Assembly (NCBI GenBank): GCA_029547025.1 | Contig: JAKPQA010000319.1 | Location: 1,263-65,262 of the forward strand | Source: Armatimonadota bacterium | GTDB taxonomy: Bacteria > Armatimonadota > Zipacnadia > UBA1398 > JAKPQA01 | DNA length: 64,000 bases | Direction: 5' to 3' | Part shown: piece after piece, positions 16,211-25,247 of the stretch | Layout: the number at the start of each line of letters is the position of its first letter | Numbering within the stretch: position 1 is the first letter of the stretch | Position numbers and translations under genes: made by a program | Notes under the pieces: generated by a model | The model's database searches: none | Told to the model about the DNA's origin: nothing | Seen by the model: the letters and a program-made list of their open reading frames with translations, nothing else

Positions 16211-18637
16211 ATGCGTCCCATCATCGCCATGGCTCTACTCTGGCTCGTTGCCCCCCCGGCCGGGGCCGCGCCACCGCCGCAGGTGTGGCCCGGCTTCCCC
16301 GAGGTGACTGCCGCCGGCGCCCGTTGGCGCGTGCTCGTGGCCGTGGACGGGCGAGGGCCCGCGCCGGTTGTCTCGGCGCCTGGCGCCGAAGTCTCCGTCC
16401 AGCGGGCGCCGTGGACGGGAGACAGTCAGGACGTCTTCCTTGTCCACGTGGAACAGGCGGGGTTCGACCATGGGCCCGAACTCGTCGTGGAATGCGGCGG
16501 CGCGCGCGCGCGGCAGGAACTGCCCATCGGTATCGACCTGTCGGCGCTTCCCTGGGAGGCCTGGTGGGCCGGGGCCGAGGTGCACGCAGCCGTTGTGAGG
16601 CGGCCCCCGGCGCCAGACGAGGGCATCTGGACACCGCGAGTGGTGCCACACACCTGGGAGGACCTCGGTGTGACCTGGGTGCGAACACGCGTGTGGATCC
16701 CCGAGGCGTGGCGCGCGAAATCCCTGGTCCTCGATATCGGCGCCATCGATGACGCCGACGTGACTTTCATCAACGGCGTGAGCATCGGGGCGACGGAGGG
16801 TTGGGACAGGCGCCGTACCTACGCCATCCCACCCCATGTCATCCGCTGGGATGCTGAGAACGAGCTGTGCATCGCGGTGGACAACCGCCACGCCGGCGGC
16901 GGACTCACGCGGCTGCCGCTGGCCCTGGTGCCCCTCGGCACCCGGGTCAGTGAGGCCATGCCCTTCGAGAATGGGGCCCGCCAGCGCGAGGCCGATCGCG
17001 CACGGCCGCAAGCTCTGGGACCACGGCTCCCGTTGCGGCCCATGGTCGTCCGCGGCGGCGTGCTCGAATATGCCGACGGCGGCGAGGTGGCCCTGTGGGG
17101 CGTGAACATCTACCCGCAGAGCTGGGTCGAGTTCAACACGCTGAAAGCTCTGGGCGTCGATCACTACCGGGCCCTCGACGAAGACATGGAGGACCTGTCG
17201 CGGATGGGAGTCGACATCATCCGCATCCACGTGTTCGACCGGGAAATCTCCGATGGCCAGGGCAACCTCGTCAGGAACATCCACCTCGACCTGCTGGACG
17301 ACATCATCCGCCACTGCAACGAACGCGGCATCTACCTGATGCTGACCCCCATCGCGTGGTGGGACAGCCCCAACGGCCGGCCCGACAGCTTCTCACGCGC
17401 CATCCCCAAAGAGGGGCTGTCCATGTGCGAGGACGCTCGACCCATCCAGCGGCGGTACCTGAGGCAGTTCCTCACCCACACAAACCCGTACACGGGCCGA
17501 CGGCTGGTGGATGAGCCCTGCCTGGCGCTGTTCGAGATCGTCAACGAGCCGGTCTACTGGTCGCTGGCCGATATGACCGGCCCGGGGGCCGTGCCGTCGC
17601 CCGCACTCGAGGGTGTCCGTGCGGCGTGGGAGCGGCTGGCCCCCGATCCGGGTTGGCGCACGCCGGCGCTGTTCGCCTGGTTCCGCTACCACCTGGTGCG
17701 GAGCTACATCGACGACATGATCGGGGCGATGCGCGCCACCGGTGCGCGCCAACCGATCGCCTACTCCGCCTGGGCCTGGCAAGGACCGGATCTGGCGGCG
17801 GCTGTGGCGGACAGCCGGTGCGACGCGGTGACGATGAGCGACTACCCGGGCGGCCTCGGGCAGATCAACGATGGCGTGAACCTGCTGGGCACCCAGGGCA
17901 ATGGCGACGTCGACACTCGCTTCGCCTCGAAGGCCCGGCTCGTCTATGAGTTCGACGCCCCCGGCACGGTCACGAAGGTGCACCTCTACCCGGCCATGGC
18001 GCGCCGGTGGCGGAACCTGGGCGTCCAGGTGGCCTGCCAGTTCCAGTATGATGCGCGAGCTGCGGCACACGTGAACTGGGACTGGCCCCAGCACTACCTC
18101 AACCTCTGGCACACACCAGGCAAGGCCGTGAGCTTCATGGCGGCCGGCGAGGCCTTCCGCCGCATCCCTCGGGGCACCGAGTTCGAGGTGGGCGAGGACG
18201 ACCAGGTGTTCGGCCAGGCCGCGGTGAGCTTCGGTCGGAACACAGCCCTTCTGGTCGCGCCCGACTGCTACATGCAAGCCGCCCCGACAGACTGGAGGCC
18301 ACTGCCGCCTCCACCGTTCCCTGGCCGGGTGGTCTCGGTCGGGTCCTGTCCATACTACCAGTATGGCGGCTCGGGAGTGGTAGAGCTGCGTGAGACTGCG
18401 GACGGCCTTTCGCTGACCATCTACCCCGACGTCGACCGGGTGGGCGAGGGCTGGAGCGGCACACTCGAGAGACCGCTCACGCGCCTCGTCGAACGCGAGC
18501 ACGACTTTCGGCTCACGCGGCCCGGCTGGACTCGGGCGCGCGTCGAGCGACGGCAAGGCGGCTCCTGGGTCCCGGTCGCCGGCGACGGCACGGGATTCGC
18601 CGCCCGCCCCGGCGAGTACCGGCTGCTCCGGCGGTGA
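16211..18637 (+). CDS. Secreted glycoside hydrolase: galactose-binding-like (GH2-N-like) domain plus TIM-barrel GH5-like domain
   Basis: The signal peptide is MRPIIAMALLWLVAPPAGAA. VLDIGAIDDADVTFINGVSIGATEG resembles the GH2 sugar-binding domain. The central GVNIYPQSWVEFNTLKALGVDHYRALDEDMEDLSRMGVDIIRIHVF...VNEPVYWS is cellulase-family-like with an NEP acid/base. GGAGG precedes the ATG. Confidence 0.55.
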   Translation: MRPIIAMALLWLVAPPAGAAPPPQVWPGFPEVTAAGARWRVLVAVDGRGPAPVVSAPGAEVSVQRAPWTGDSQDVFLVHVEQAGFDHGPELVVECGGARARQELPIGIDLSALPWEAWWAGAEVHAAVVRRPPAPDEGIWTPRVVPHTWEDLGVTWVRTRVWIPEAWRAKSLVLDIGAIDDADVTFINGVSIGATEGWDRRRTYAIPPHVIRWDAENELCIAVDNRHAGGGLTRLPLALVPLGTRVSEAMPFENGARQREADRARPQALGPRLPLRPMVVRGGVLEYADGGEVALWGVNIYPQSWVEFNTLKALGVDHYRALDEDMEDLSRMGVDIIRIHVFDREISDGQGNLVRNIHLDLLDDIIRHCNERGIYLMLTPIAWWDSPNGRPDSFSRAIPKEGLSMCEDARPIQRRYLRQFLTHTNPYTGRRLVDEPCLALFEIVNEPVYWSLADMTGPGAVPSPALEGVRAAWERLAPDPGWRTPALFAWFRYHLVRSYIDDMIGAMRATGARQPIAYSAWAWQGPDLAAAVADSRCDAVTMSDYPGGLGQINDGVNLLGTQGNGDVDTRFASKARLVYEFDAPGTVTKVHLYPAMARRWRNLGVQVACQFQYDARAAAHVNWDWPQHYLNLWHTPGKAVSFMAAGEAFRRIPRGTEFEVGEDDQVFGQAAVSFGRNTALLVAPDCYMQAAPTDWRPLPPPPFPGRVVSVGSCPYYQYGGSGVVELRETADGLSLTIYPDVDRVGEGWSGTLERPLTRLVEREHDFRLTRPGWTRARVERRQGGSWVPVAGDGTGFAARPGEYRLLRR

Positions 18638-18648
18638 CCCGCCCGAAA

Positions 18649-20136
18649 CTACACGGCCGCCGCCGCTGCCTTCCGCGCGTCGGCCTCGAGCAGCGAGCGG
18701 TAGGCGCCGATGCCCTTGAGTCTCGCCTTCACCTCAGGGCTGAAGGGCAGGTGGTGCCAGAACAGAGCGCGCAGCTTGGCGTCGAGCACCGGACGGCCCT
18801 GCGCCTCGCGGGTGATCCAACTCACGTAGTCCTGCGCGAAGGCCTCGTCGATTCTGGAGCCAGCCGACTTCCCGCGAAACTGGTAGTAGGCTCCGGTCAG
18901 GCCCTCCTCCATCCAGTAGTGCATGGCCGTCTCCTGAGCGACCAGCCAGCGGTGGGCACCAAGGGCCCGAACGACCAGGTCGTTCTGCGGGCGGCCACAG
19001 TAGAGTGGGACGGCGATGCGACCGGGTGTTCTCCGGTTGCCCTTCTGCCAGGCTTCCCAACAGATGCCGTGACTGCCGGAGCACGGTAGCAGCAGAACCA
19101 GGGGCTCGATGCGGATCTCCTGGCCAAATGAGACCCGCCGGAACAGGCCGGGTTCGATGGCCTCGACCTGCTGAATCTTCTCGATGACCGACGCCCGCGA
19201 GTTGACGCCCTCTGCCAGGGTGGTGCGCACGAAGGCTGGGCTGGCGATGGGGAAGTGGTTCCCTCTTGGCCCAATGGCCATCTTCATCATCTGCCGGATG
19301 GTCGCCAGTTCGGTTCCCAGAGCCGAAGAGTCCGCCACCCCTTCGGCACCGTCCACGGCCATTCGTGCCTGCAGACGCCGTCTCAAAGAGACGGCTTCGG
19401 CATACTTGGAGCAGACCTCGACCGTGCCGCGGTCGTTACCCGATAGGTTCTCGATCTGGCTCCGCAGCTCCTGGGCAATCCGGGCGCGCTCGCGCTGTAG
19501 TGGAGCCGCCGAGGGCATCTGTCCCTCAGCGCCCTCGGCGAGCAGTTTGCGTAGATCCTGCCCCAGTGCCACGATGCGTTGTGCGCATTCGAGGAGGGCA
19601 TCGTCCGCGCTGCCCGATGACTTCAGCGCCTGCACCGCCTGGGGCTTCAGGCTGGCCACTTCGGATTCGGCCCGGGCCAGCTGAGCCGATACCGACTGGC
19701 TGGGGCGGGCCGACATGGTGCTGACCTCGTCAGTGGTACTCGGCGCAACCTCCTGGCGGAAAACGGCCATCAACCATTCGTCCACATAGTAGACCGGCCC
19801 CACCGGTCCCGGGTCGGCGCAAAGCGAGTCAACCACTGAGGCCATCTCATCGCCGAGAAGCCCCGCCACGGGGGCCGCACAGCGAAGCAGTCTGAGGTCG
19901 CGAGCATCGGGCCCCTCCGCGCAGGCGCGCGCGCCGGCTCCAGCGTACAGTGTGAAGAACCGCGTGGTCAGCCGCTGGCCAAGCGAGGCGCGGTCTGCGC
20001 CCTCGGCGGCGGAGTAGTCGGCCAGGAGACGCGGAAGGTCGGCCAGAGCCTCAGTGGTATCGGTATCCAGGTTTTCACCGCGTACCCAGTCCTCGGTGGC
20101 TGCAAGTTCACTATCCAATACGATCACCCACCCCAT
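18649..20136 (-). CDS. Hypothetical cytoplasmic protein, divergent from the secretin operon
   Basis: The long ORF has no hits I recognise. The start is set at the internal MGWVIVLDSE. There is a central coiled-coil-like stretch (AQLARAESEVASLKPQAVQALK...). Confidence 0.4.
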   Translation of the reverse strand: MGWVIVLDSELAATEDWVRGENLDTDTTEALADLPRLLADYSAAEGADRASLGQRLTTRFFTLYAGAGARACAEGPDARDLRLLRCAAPVAGLLGDEMASVVDSLCADPGPVGPVYYVDEWLMAVFRQEVAPSTTDEVSTMSARPSQSVSAQLARAESEVASLKPQAVQALKSSGSADDALLECAQRIVALGQDLRKLLAEGAEGQMPSAAPLQRERARIAQELRSQIENLSGNDRGTVEVCSKYAEAVSLRRRLQARMAVDGAEGVADSSALGTELATIRQMMKMAIGPRGNHFPIASPAFVRTTLAEGVNSRASVIEKIQQVEAIEPGLFRRVSFGQEIRIEPLVLLLPCSGSHGICWEAWQKGNRRTPGRIAVPLYCGRPQNDLVVRALGAHRWLVAQETAMHYWMEEGLTGAYYQFRGKSAGSRIDEAFAQDYVSWITREAQGRPVLDAKLRALFWHHLPFSPEVKARLKGIGAYRSLLEADARKAAAAAV

Positions 20137-20424
20137 GGCAAGCCAGAGCGACGCGCGGCAGCCATGCACAGGGTTCCACACGGCGGCGGTGGACAGCGGC
20201 CCGGTTCCGAGCCAGTTCGGTCAACAAGGCGTGACAGTTTCGGGACGCTTCACGAGGAGGTCAAGGGGGGGCGCCAACGAAGGTGTAGGGTTATCCGGCT
20301 TCCCATGGCGCCGTCGGCAATGCCCTGGGGTCGTGACCCGACCCGCACCCAGGGCCGTCGGGCCGCCGTAACGAAGGAGTCCCCCCGCAGTCGGCCGTGT
20401 GCGAGCCCTGAGGAGGTCCCCGGT

Positions 20425-21762
20425 GTGAAAGCGCGATCATTGTGGCCCATGGTCTGCCCCTGCGTGATCCTCCTGGCGGCGGCAGCCCGTCCCGAGGCGG
20501 ACGCCACCACCGATAACCCTGTGGTCGGCCCGCCCGCCGCCCCAACCGACACACCCACGGCACCCGATAAGGGGCCCCTCATCACCATCACCCCCGAAGG
20601 GGTGTCCGTCTATGCCGTCCGGTGTGACGCGCATGCCCTGCTGACCGACATCGCCCGGAAGACCGGGTTCTCGATCATCGTCGACGACTCGGTCCGTGGC
20701 GTCCTGACCGTGAACTTCAAAAACCGCAAGGTGTCCGACATCATCCGGGACATCGCCGCCACCTACGGCCTGGCCTGCCGCGAGGAGAACGGCGTGTTCA
20801 CCATCACCGAAGGACTGCCGGCCCACGTCTCGTCCTACCTGCTCTCGGAGATGGCTTCGGTGCGTCCCGACTACATACCGGCCAGCGATGCCGAGCAGCT
20901 CCTCCCCGTGTTCCTGCAGGACTATACGGCGCCAAGTCTCCATCAGAACGCCGTGGTGCTGTCCGCCCCGCCCGAGATCCTCGAGAAGTTCCGCGGCGAC
21001 GTGAAGCAGTTCGATGTGCCGGCCGCTCAGATCATGATCGAGGTCCTGATGGTCGAGTTTGGCGAGACGAACAGCGACGAGTTCTACGCCAAGCTCGGTT
21101 GGTCGCGGAACGGCCGGGGAGTCACCACCGACTCGGCTCGGGGGGCGGCCACGTTCCACGTGCTGGGCGATCTGCCGGTGGGCTTCACGGCGGAGCTCCG
21201 GGCCATGGAGGCCGCCGGCAGAGCCCACGTTCGCGCCAACCCGCGGATCGCCACCGTCAGCGGGCGCGAGGCCAGTGTCTTCATCGGTGAAAGGCGGTTC
21301 CTGGCCAAGCCCGTCGAGATGTCGGGCGGAGATGATGGCAACGATGACAACCGGCGGCAGATCAACTTCATCAACGCCGGAGTGAACCTCAGCATCACGC
21401 CGTGGACCGGCGGAGAGGGCGAGATCCAGGCTCAGATCCAGACCGAGGTCTCAACCATGAGCGCACCCGATGCCGTAACCGGGTTACCCCAGAAACAGAC
21501 TCGATCCGCCAGCACGGACATCCGGATGCTCGACGGCGAGACGGTGCTCATTGGCGGGCTGGTCCAGGATGAGATGATCGAGACCAAGTCCAAGATACCG
21601 GTCCTCGGCGACATCCCGCTGATCGGCAAACTCTTCCGTAGCAAGAACACACGGCGATTCCAGACCGAGCTGGTGGTGTTCGTAACCGCCAGGATCCTGC
21701 CGGGAAGCAACGGGAATGGCCAACCACACGCCGCCAAGGAGGCCCGCGCGACCGCACCATGA
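20425..21762 (+). CDS. Secretin-family outer-membrane channel protein, paralog 1
   Basis: The C-terminus GGLVQDEMIETKSKIPVLGDIPLIGKLFRSKNTRRFQTELVVFVTARIL is the canonical secretin motif (VP.LGDIPllG.LFr.....e.ElliFiTPrIv). An N0/secretin-N-like segment LLTDIARKTGFSIIVDDSVRGVLTVNFKNRKVSDIIRDIAATYGL is present. The GTG start with GAGGAGG 8 nt upstream gives the signal peptide VKARSLWPMVCPCVILLAAAA. Confidence 0.75.
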   Translation: MKARSLWPMVCPCVILLAAAARPEADATTDNPVVGPPAAPTDTPTAPDKGPLITITPEGVSVYAVRCDAHALLTDIARKTGFSIIVDDSVRGVLTVNFKNRKVSDIIRDIAATYGLACREENGVFTITEGLPAHVSSYLLSEMASVRPDYIPASDAEQLLPVFLQDYTAPSLHQNAVVLSAPPEILEKFRGDVKQFDVPAAQIMIEVLMVEFGETNSDEFYAKLGWSRNGRGVTTDSARGAATFHVLGDLPVGFTAELRAMEAAGRAHVRANPRIATVSGREASVFIGERRFLAKPVEMSGGDDGNDDNRRQINFINAGVNLSITPWTGGEGEIQAQIQTEVSTMSAPDAVTGLPQKQTRSASTDIRMLDGETVLIGGLVQDEMIETKSKIPVLGDIPLIGKLFRSKNTRRFQTELVVFVTARILPGSNGNGQPHAAKEARATAP

Positions 21763-23474
21763 CGCCCCATCACGCTGCCCCTCGATTCGGCATGGCCCCC
21801 CTGCTTGCCCTGGCGATGGCAGGCGCGGCCGTCCCTGCCCTGGCGCAGGTCGGCCGCGTGTACTGCAACGTGACCGAAGTAAAGGCCACGCAGCTCTCGA
21901 ACGCGGTTCGCATCGATCTCCGGTGCGACGGGCAGCTCGAGGTCGCCGCGGACCTCACGGACTACGTCGAGGTGGATCCGCGGCAGGGCGGCGTCACCGC
22001 CGCCAAGCCGGTCCGGAACATCGTGTTGCGGCTGACGAACGCCAAGTCCAGGGTGGGCGCGTTCATCGATGTCGGTCGCTACCCCGTGAGCCACGTCGAG
22101 ATGGCCCCCCTGCCCGACAGCCCCGATGGCGTCGGCGTGGCCTGCACGATCTCGCTCTACCCCCCGGGCCGCACCAACGGCCTCCGTATGGCTCCGTACT
22201 ACCTCGATCCCCACGACTTCATCGAGGCCGGCCTGGGCTTCAGGCCCGGCGAGGTCCGATGGCTTGTTCAGGAGGCCGACGACCGGCGCGGCCTCGTGTT
22301 CATCGTGACCTCGGATCGCTTCGCCATCGATGCCGACTCCTCCCCTGAGGAAGAGGTCCCCTATACGCTCGACATCGGCTATGCCGACGGGCTGGTGGAA
22401 GTGCGTGCCGTGCGCGCGCCGATCGGCGCATTGGCGGAAACCATCGGAGCGCGCACCGGGCTCCGTTGCACCGTGGCCGGCGACCCGGGCCGGCGCGTGT
22501 CACTCTACGTGCCGCCCACTCGGCCGGAGCGGGTGTTGAGTGAACTCGCCCGCTCCCAGGGGCTGACGCTGATGAAAGACCCCGCCGGTCCCATGCAGCT
22601 GCAGGCCCTCGCTCCCCGCGACCCGGCCACCTATGACGGTACGGAGACACGCTTGCTCCGGCTGAACCACCTGACGGCCGAGGAGGCACTCGGGCTCCTG
22701 CCGGTGTGCCTTCTGCGCTATGTGCGACCCAGCCCCGAGCAGAACGCCCTCGTCGCGTCGGGCTCCACCGAGCTGCTCGACCACCTGCAGGCGAATCTGC
22801 AGGCCGTCGACCTGCCCGCCCCGATCATCGAGGTCGTCGTCGAGGTCCTGGCCCACTTCAGCGATCGTGGCTCACTGGCCCACCTCGCCATCGACGGCCA
22901 GGCGGGCCGCTGGGTTGGTGGGGCGAGCGGGGAGGGCCTCGAGGCATTCTGTACGCCCGTCGGAGCTCTGCGACCCGAACTCGAAGCGCACATCCGCGAC
23001 CTGCGCCTCGCCGGCGAGCTCGACGTCGTGACCCGGCAGCGTCTCAGCATCACCAATGGTAGCAAGGGCCACGTGTTCGTCGGTGACCAGCCGACGATTG
23101 TGACCAGCTACTATGACTACTTCGAGAACGAGATGCGACCGGATCTGACGGTGGTCGACGTCGGCGCCCGGCTCGAGATCGAGCCGTGGACCGGCAACCG
23201 CGAGGACATCACCGTCCACCTCTCCCCCGCGGTCTCGAGCATCCGCGGCGAGGATCCGATCACCGGTATGCCCGTGCTGAGTGTGCGCAGGGCCGAGGCC
23301 ACCGTCCGCGTGCGGGCCGGCGAGCCAATCGTGCTGGGCGGGCTCAGCATGTTCTCCGACGAGAGCACACACCACCGGCTCAACCTGCCGGTCATTCAGT
23401 CCATATTCCGGGGTCGAGGCCGCACGGAGCAGAACGCCGAGTTCAGCTTCGTGGTCACCCCCAGGGTGCTGTAG
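21759..23474 (+). CDS. Secretin-family protein, paralog 2
   Basis: The C-terminus GEPIVLGGLSMFSDESTHHRLNLPVIQSIFRGRGRTEQNAEFSFVVTPRVL is secretin-like. The signal peptide is MAPLLALAMAGAAVPALAQVG. The ATG overlaps the paralog-1 stop (ATGA). Confidence 0.75.
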   Translation: MTPHHAAPRFGMAPLLALAMAGAAVPALAQVGRVYCNVTEVKATQLSNAVRIDLRCDGQLEVAADLTDYVEVDPRQGGVTAAKPVRNIVLRLTNAKSRVGAFIDVGRYPVSHVEMAPLPDSPDGVGVACTISLYPPGRTNGLRMAPYYLDPHDFIEAGLGFRPGEVRWLVQEADDRRGLVFIVTSDRFAIDADSSPEEEVPYTLDIGYADGLVEVRAVRAPIGALAETIGARTGLRCTVAGDPGRRVSLYVPPTRPERVLSELARSQGLTLMKDPAGPMQLQALAPRDPATYDGTETRLLRLNHLTAEEALGLLPVCLLRYVRPSPEQNALVASGSTELLDHLQANLQAVDLPAPIIEVVVEVLAHFSDRGSLAHLAIDGQAGRWVGGASGEGLEAFCTPVGALRPELEAHIRDLRLAGELDVVTRQRLSITNGSKGHVFVGDQPTIVTSYYDYFENEMRPDLTVVDVGARLEIEPWTGNREDITVHLSPAVSSIRGEDPITGMPVLSVRRAEATVRVRAGEPIVLGGLSMFSDESTHHRLNLPVIQSIFRGRGRTEQNAEFSFVVTPRVL

Positions 23475-23484
23475 GGGCGGCGAG

Positions 23485-25227
23485 ATGAGACGTAGAGGAA
23501 CATGGCTGTCGTTGTGGCTGCTCGGCCTGATCTCTGCCCAGGCTCAAGCCATCGTCTACTGCAACATCACCGACGTCCGGTGTGACGTGCTCTCCAACGG
23601 TATCCAGGTCACCGTGGCATCGGATGGCATTCTGGAGTATCAGCATCCCACCGAGCAGTGGCAGCCGCGTTACTGGAGCGGCAAGAGCCTGACGCTCCTG
23701 TTCCCCGGCGCTCGCTCCAAGTTCGGACGCAACTTCATCGACGTGAGCAAGTTCCCCGTGAGCTTCATTCAGCTGTCCATTCCCACCACGGCCCAGGAGG
23801 GCGTTGGCATTCTCCTGACCGTATCGGCGATGGCCAACACGGACTTCCGCATCTCCCAGGCCGCCAACCGCCAAAGCGTCATCATCACGGTGGCCAGTAC
23901 GCGCACGCTCGAGAAGGGAGCCGGTGCGACAGCCACCTCGGGTGGCGAGGCCCAGCTCACCGTCGAGACCCGGAACGGCACCGCGTCCGTCCATGCCGTG
24001 AACGCCGACGTGCACGAGGTGTTCGCCCGTGTGGCGCAGGCGCTCAACCTCGACGTCGCCGTCGATGACGGCGTCGACCGTCGCATCAGCGTCTTCATGG
24101 CCGACGTTCCGGGTGAGGACCTGCTGCGAGCCATTGCCCGGGCCGCCGGGCTCGCCCTCGTCAAGACCCCCGATGGCACCTTCATGGTCAGCGCGGGTGT
24201 GGTCGAGGATCTGGCGACCTATCGTCTCACCGAGACGCGATCCTTCCGGATGCACAACATCCAGGCGTCCTCGGCCGCCCAGCTGCTGCCCACCTTCATC
24301 TTCCCCTACCTGCACCAGAACAAGCCCCAGAACGCCGTGGTCGTCACCGCCCAGGAGGATATGCTCGAGAAGATCGAGGCGGACCTGAGGGCCATCGACA
24401 AGGCGCCGCCCCAGATCATGATCGAGGTCCTGGCCGTGGAGTTCATCGACACCAGGGAGGCCGAGCGGTCCCTGGCGCTCCTCCACAACACGGCGGGCTC
24501 CGCCGACACCTACGACTCGACCCTCGGCGATATCAGCTACTCGACCATCGGCGTGCTGCCCGAGGAGTTCCTCGCCAATGTGAACTGGCTCAAGAGCAAG
24601 GGCAAGGCGGTCATCAAAGCGCAGCCGAAGATGGCTGTCCTCAACGGGGGTCAAGCGAGGATTTTCATCGGGTCGACCCGGTTCATCGAGGTCGAGGTGA
24701 GTCAGTGGGGCAGTGTGTCCCGTCGCATCCAGGGAGTCAACGTGGGCGTGACGCTCGACATCTCACCGTGGACCGGCGAGAGCCGGGAGATCACGACCAC
24801 CATCGCGCCCACCGTCTCGAACATCTCCGAGCTCGACTCGGAAACCGGCCTCCCCGTACTCAGCACGCGCGATGCCAAGACGCAGGTCCGGGCGCTCAGC
24901 GGCGAGACCATCATGATCGGAGGCCTCTCCCTCGAGCAGGCGCAAGTCACGAGCCACAAGACGAAGGTCCTTGGTGATCTGCCTCTCATCGGCAAACTCT
25001 TCCGCCGCAAAGCGACCCAGCGAACCGAGTCCCTGCTGGTCATCTTCGTCACACCCAGGCTGCTCGATGAGCGCGGCCGACTGCCGGAGGCCGAGCGCGA
25101 GTCGATCCACAAGCGGTTCCTGGAGTCCGACCACGGGTGGCAGGAACCCGCGACCATCGAGGTGAAGCGCTCGGGTGACCGCCTGAGCTGGAGGGAGACC
25201 GTCGCGACTCCGGCTTCGGGGTCGTGA
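23485..25227 (+). CDS. Secretin-family protein, paralog 3
   Basis: The C-terminus GETIMIGGLSLEQAQVTSHKTKVLGDLPLIGKLFRRKATQRTESLLVIFVTPRLL is secretin-like. The signal peptide is MRRRGTWLSLWLLGLISAQAQA. The ATG sits 10 nt after the paralog-2 stop. Confidence 0.8.
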   Translation: MRRRGTWLSLWLLGLISAQAQAIVYCNITDVRCDVLSNGIQVTVASDGILEYQHPTEQWQPRYWSGKSLTLLFPGARSKFGRNFIDVSKFPVSFIQLSIPTTAQEGVGILLTVSAMANTDFRISQAANRQSVIITVASTRTLEKGAGATATSGGEAQLTVETRNGTASVHAVNADVHEVFARVAQALNLDVAVDDGVDRRISVFMADVPGEDLLRAIARAAGLALVKTPDGTFMVSAGVVEDLATYRLTETRSFRMHNIQASSAAQLLPTFIFPYLHQNKPQNAVVVTAQEDMLEKIEADLRAIDKAPPQIMIEVLAVEFIDTREAERSLALLHNTAGSADTYDSTLGDISYSTIGVLPEEFLANVNWLKSKGKAVIKAQPKMAVLNGGQARIFIGSTRFIEVEVSQWGSVSRRIQGVNVGVTLDISPWTGESREITTTIAPTVSNISELDSETGLPVLSTRDAKTQVRALSGETIMIGGLSLEQAQVTSHKTKVLGDLPLIGKLFRRKATQRTESLLVIFVTPRLLDERGRLPEAERESIHKRFLESDHGWQEPATIEVKRSGDRLSWRETVATPASGS

Positions 25228-25247
25228 TCGGGAGGCGAGAGGCCCCG

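Noticed and set aside
16235-18556. Long antisense ORFs (16235-17314 and 17393-18556, minus) covering the glycoside hydrolase gene
   Set aside because: The plus-strand frame has a signal peptide and GH motifs plus a strong SD. The antisense ORFs have no motifs and are typical of GC-rich antisense frames.
20437-24654. Antisense ORFs across the secretin genes (20437-21228, 21432-22214, 23455-24654 minus)
   Set aside because: The plus strand encodes three proteins with canonical secretin C-termini and signal peptides. The antisense frames are His/Gly/Asp-rich low complexity.
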